Below the pieces are notes generated by a model. The model was given only the letters and a program-made list of their open reading frames with translations. It was not told where the DNA came from and ran no database searches. From assembly GCF_963676685.1 (NCBI RefSeq), contig NC_092346.1:88660001-88724000 (forward strand): 64,000 nt of DNA, written 5' to 3'. The number at the start of each line of letters is the position of its first letter. Within the stretch, counting starts at the first letter, position 1. Made by a program: the position numbers and the translations under genes. Shown in pieces: positions 61,728 to 64,000 of this stretch. The stretch comes from Mytilus edulis. Taxonomy: Eukaryota.

Positions 61728-62668
61728 TTTTTTTTTGTTCTCTTTTCTTTTGGAGGAGGGGGAGGGGGGGGGGGGGGGGGCTCCGAAAATTGTAGTTTTA
61801 TGTCAAAGAACTCTATAATCACCAGGAAATGATAGGTCTCTCTCTATGCAAACAATACTATTTGCATCACTTCAATGTCGCTGAACAGGTATAGAGGAAT
61901 CATTATTTTTCTTTGTCTTTTCTGTAAATGTCTAATTCAATTCACCTGTCAACTCCGGTCACAAGTCTGGAAATCGTCAGTTCTTGTCTTTGTTTCAAGT
62001 TGGGCTTCTTTTTCCTGCACTTGAAAAAAAAAAAAAATTGGTGCTGATCACAGATTTATGTATTTTCTGTGAAAGAGGAAGGACCAATGTCTACTGTATT
62101 TATTTCACAGCAGGATCATTTTCAAAAGAAAAAGTCTCTTATTCTTAATGTACCCAAAACAAACAAAACACGTAGTAGAATAGCCTCATGTGCGCATACA
62201 ATAAACACAATTCCCGATATTTTTTAGACAAATTTCGAGTATCCACCGTGAAAAAAAAAATCAACATAAAAAAGTCATCCTTAAAATGATGCAAATAACC
62301 ACATTTAGCTGTGCGACGTCCTTCGACGTTAAATTTCACCAAAATTTGTAAAATTGTATTTTTGTCTTTTTTTCTCTCTTATTTTATCAATGTTTTTTCT
62401 TTCTTTCTTTCACAGTAATATAGCACTCTAATGATAAGGACCGATTGAATTTCTTCAGTCTAATAATTTTAGTACTCGTAACCATATGGACACACTGCCA
62501 CGTGTACATGTATATTATAAATAGATAGCCGTAGTTTCTCACTTTAATTGCATGTTTTAAATAATGTTTTTTTTTTAAATACATACATGTCGTTTATGCA
62601 AATATGGTTTATGTATCGGTACCTAACATGATCATGTATAAATAGTGAAAATTTCCACATGTTTATCG

Positions 62669-62963
62669 GTTGGGAGTTGTGGCGTGCTCCTGTGATCCAG
62701 CTACCTGGAGACCGGAGTCGGTGAACGGTGTGAGGGCAGGAGTCCTGCTTTCAGGTGTTCTATGTTGAGCGGGCGTCCGCACTAAGATCGGTATCAATAT
62801 GGGCACACCGAGGGAGCTCAGTGTGACCAGGTTGTCTAAGGAGGGACGTACAGGCCAAGGGCGGAAACGCAGCAGGCAAAAGTCCCCGTGTCGATCAGTA
62901 GTGGGATCGCGCCTGTGAATAGGCATCTGTCAGCAGCCTGTCTAATATAATTGGACTCGGCTC
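62669..62963 (+). ncRNA. RN7SL: 7SL RNA gene
   Basis: Array copy. Confidence 0.96.
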
Positions 62964-63901
62964 TTTTTTTTTGTTCTCTTTTCTTTTGGAGGAGGGGGAG
63001 GGGGGGGGGGGGCTCCGAAAATTGTAGTTTTATGTCAAAGAACTCTATAATCACCAGGAAATGATAGGTCTCTCTCTATGCAAACAATACTATTTGCATC
63101 ACTTCAATGTCGCTGAACAGGTATAGAGGAATCATTATTTTTCTTTGTCTTTTCTGTAAATGTCTAATTCAATTCACCTGTCAACTCCGGTCACAAGTCT
63201 GGAAATCGTCAGTTCTTGTCTTTGTTTCAAGTTGGGCTTCTTTTTCCTGCACTTGAAAAAAAAAAAAAATTGGTGCTGATCACAGATTTATGTATTTTCT
63301 GTGAAAGAGGAAGGACCAATGTCTACTGTATTTATTTCACAGCAGGATCATTTTCAAAAGAAAAAGTCTCTTATTCTTAATGTACCCAAAACAAACAAAA
63401 CACGTAGTAGAATAGCCTCATGTGCGCATACAATAAACACAATTCCCGATATTTTTTAGACAAATTTCGAGTATCCACCGTGAAAAAAAAAATCAACATA
63501 AAAAAGTCATCCTTAAAATGATGCAAATAACCACATTTAGCTGTGCGACGTCCTTCGACGTTAAATTTCACCAAAATTTGTAAAATTGTATTTTTGTCTT
63601 TTTTTCTCTCTTATTTTATCAATGTTTTTTCTTTCTTTCTTTCACAGTAATATAGCACTCTAATGATAAGGACCGATTGAATTTCTTCAGTCTAATAATT
63701 TTAGTACTCGTAACCATATGGACACACTGCCACGTGTACATGTATATTATAAATAGATAGCCGTAGTTTCTCACTTTAATTGCATGTTTTAAATAATGTT
63801 TTTTTTTTTAAATACATACATGTCGTTTATGCAAATATGGTTTATGTATCGGTACCTAACATGATCATGTATAAATAGTGAAAATTTCCACATGTTTATC
63901 G

Positions 63902-64000
63902 GTTGGGAGTTGTGGCGTGCTCCTGTGATCCAGCTACCTGGAGACCGGAGTCGGTGAACGGTGTGAGGGCAGGAGTCCTGCTTTCAGGTGTTCTATGTTG
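63902..64000 (+). ncRNA. RN7SL: 7SL RNA gene, runs off the window end
   Basis: First 99 nt of an array copy. Confidence 0.9.

Larger units (their letters stand above)
34204..64000 (+). repeat. Tandem array of ~1227-1236-bp units, each carrying one 7SL RNA gene; continues beyond the window
   Basis: Near-identical units differing mainly in homopolymer lengths and a few SNPs; two units carry the LINE. Confidence 0.97.

Noticed and set aside
34707-63574. Recurrent short ORFs in the array (MVKFNVEG..., MPIHRRD..., MSNSIHL..., MYLKKKH...)
   Set aside because: They are antisense to 7SL or lie in the spacer, are made and broken by homopolymer length changes, and show no domain features. Their recurrence only reflects the tandem repeat.

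Overview
AT-rich animal genomic DNA. The repeat content looks like a bivalve, probably Mytilus-like (inference). From left to right the window holds: (1) a young, structurally complete tyrosine-recombinase retrotransposon with split direct repeats (Ngaro/PAT-type DIRS, 830-5763, minus strand), carrying one nonsense codon in RNase H; (2) a 3-coding-exon CNRIP1 homolog (minus strand, 6309-10237; the ORF track caught only its last exon) whose intron holds one inverted, damaged, almost exactly unit-length copy of a 7SL gene repeat; (3) two tandem paralogs of an intact 4-exon type I membrane protein gene (signal peptide, single WxxW/CysD domain, TM, tail with two PPxY motifs and a PDZ-binding end), interspersed with MITEs, SINEs, nested Helentron-type elements and a minimal hammerhead ribozyme; (4) from 34204 to the window end, a homogenised ~1.23-kb tandem array of 7SL (SRP) RNA genes with 11 complete copies plus partial ones. 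Two adjacent array units are each interrupted by the same full-length 6.43-kb Tx1-type LINE. It is inserted in the conserved UGUNR motif of the 7SL Alu domain (between +23 and +24), with a 93-bp target deletion instead of a target-site duplication. The best candidate for an undescribed system is this putative 7SL-targeting retrotransposon living in a 7SL gene array. The two copies appear to derive from one insertion event, so target specificity still needs genome-wide confirmation.
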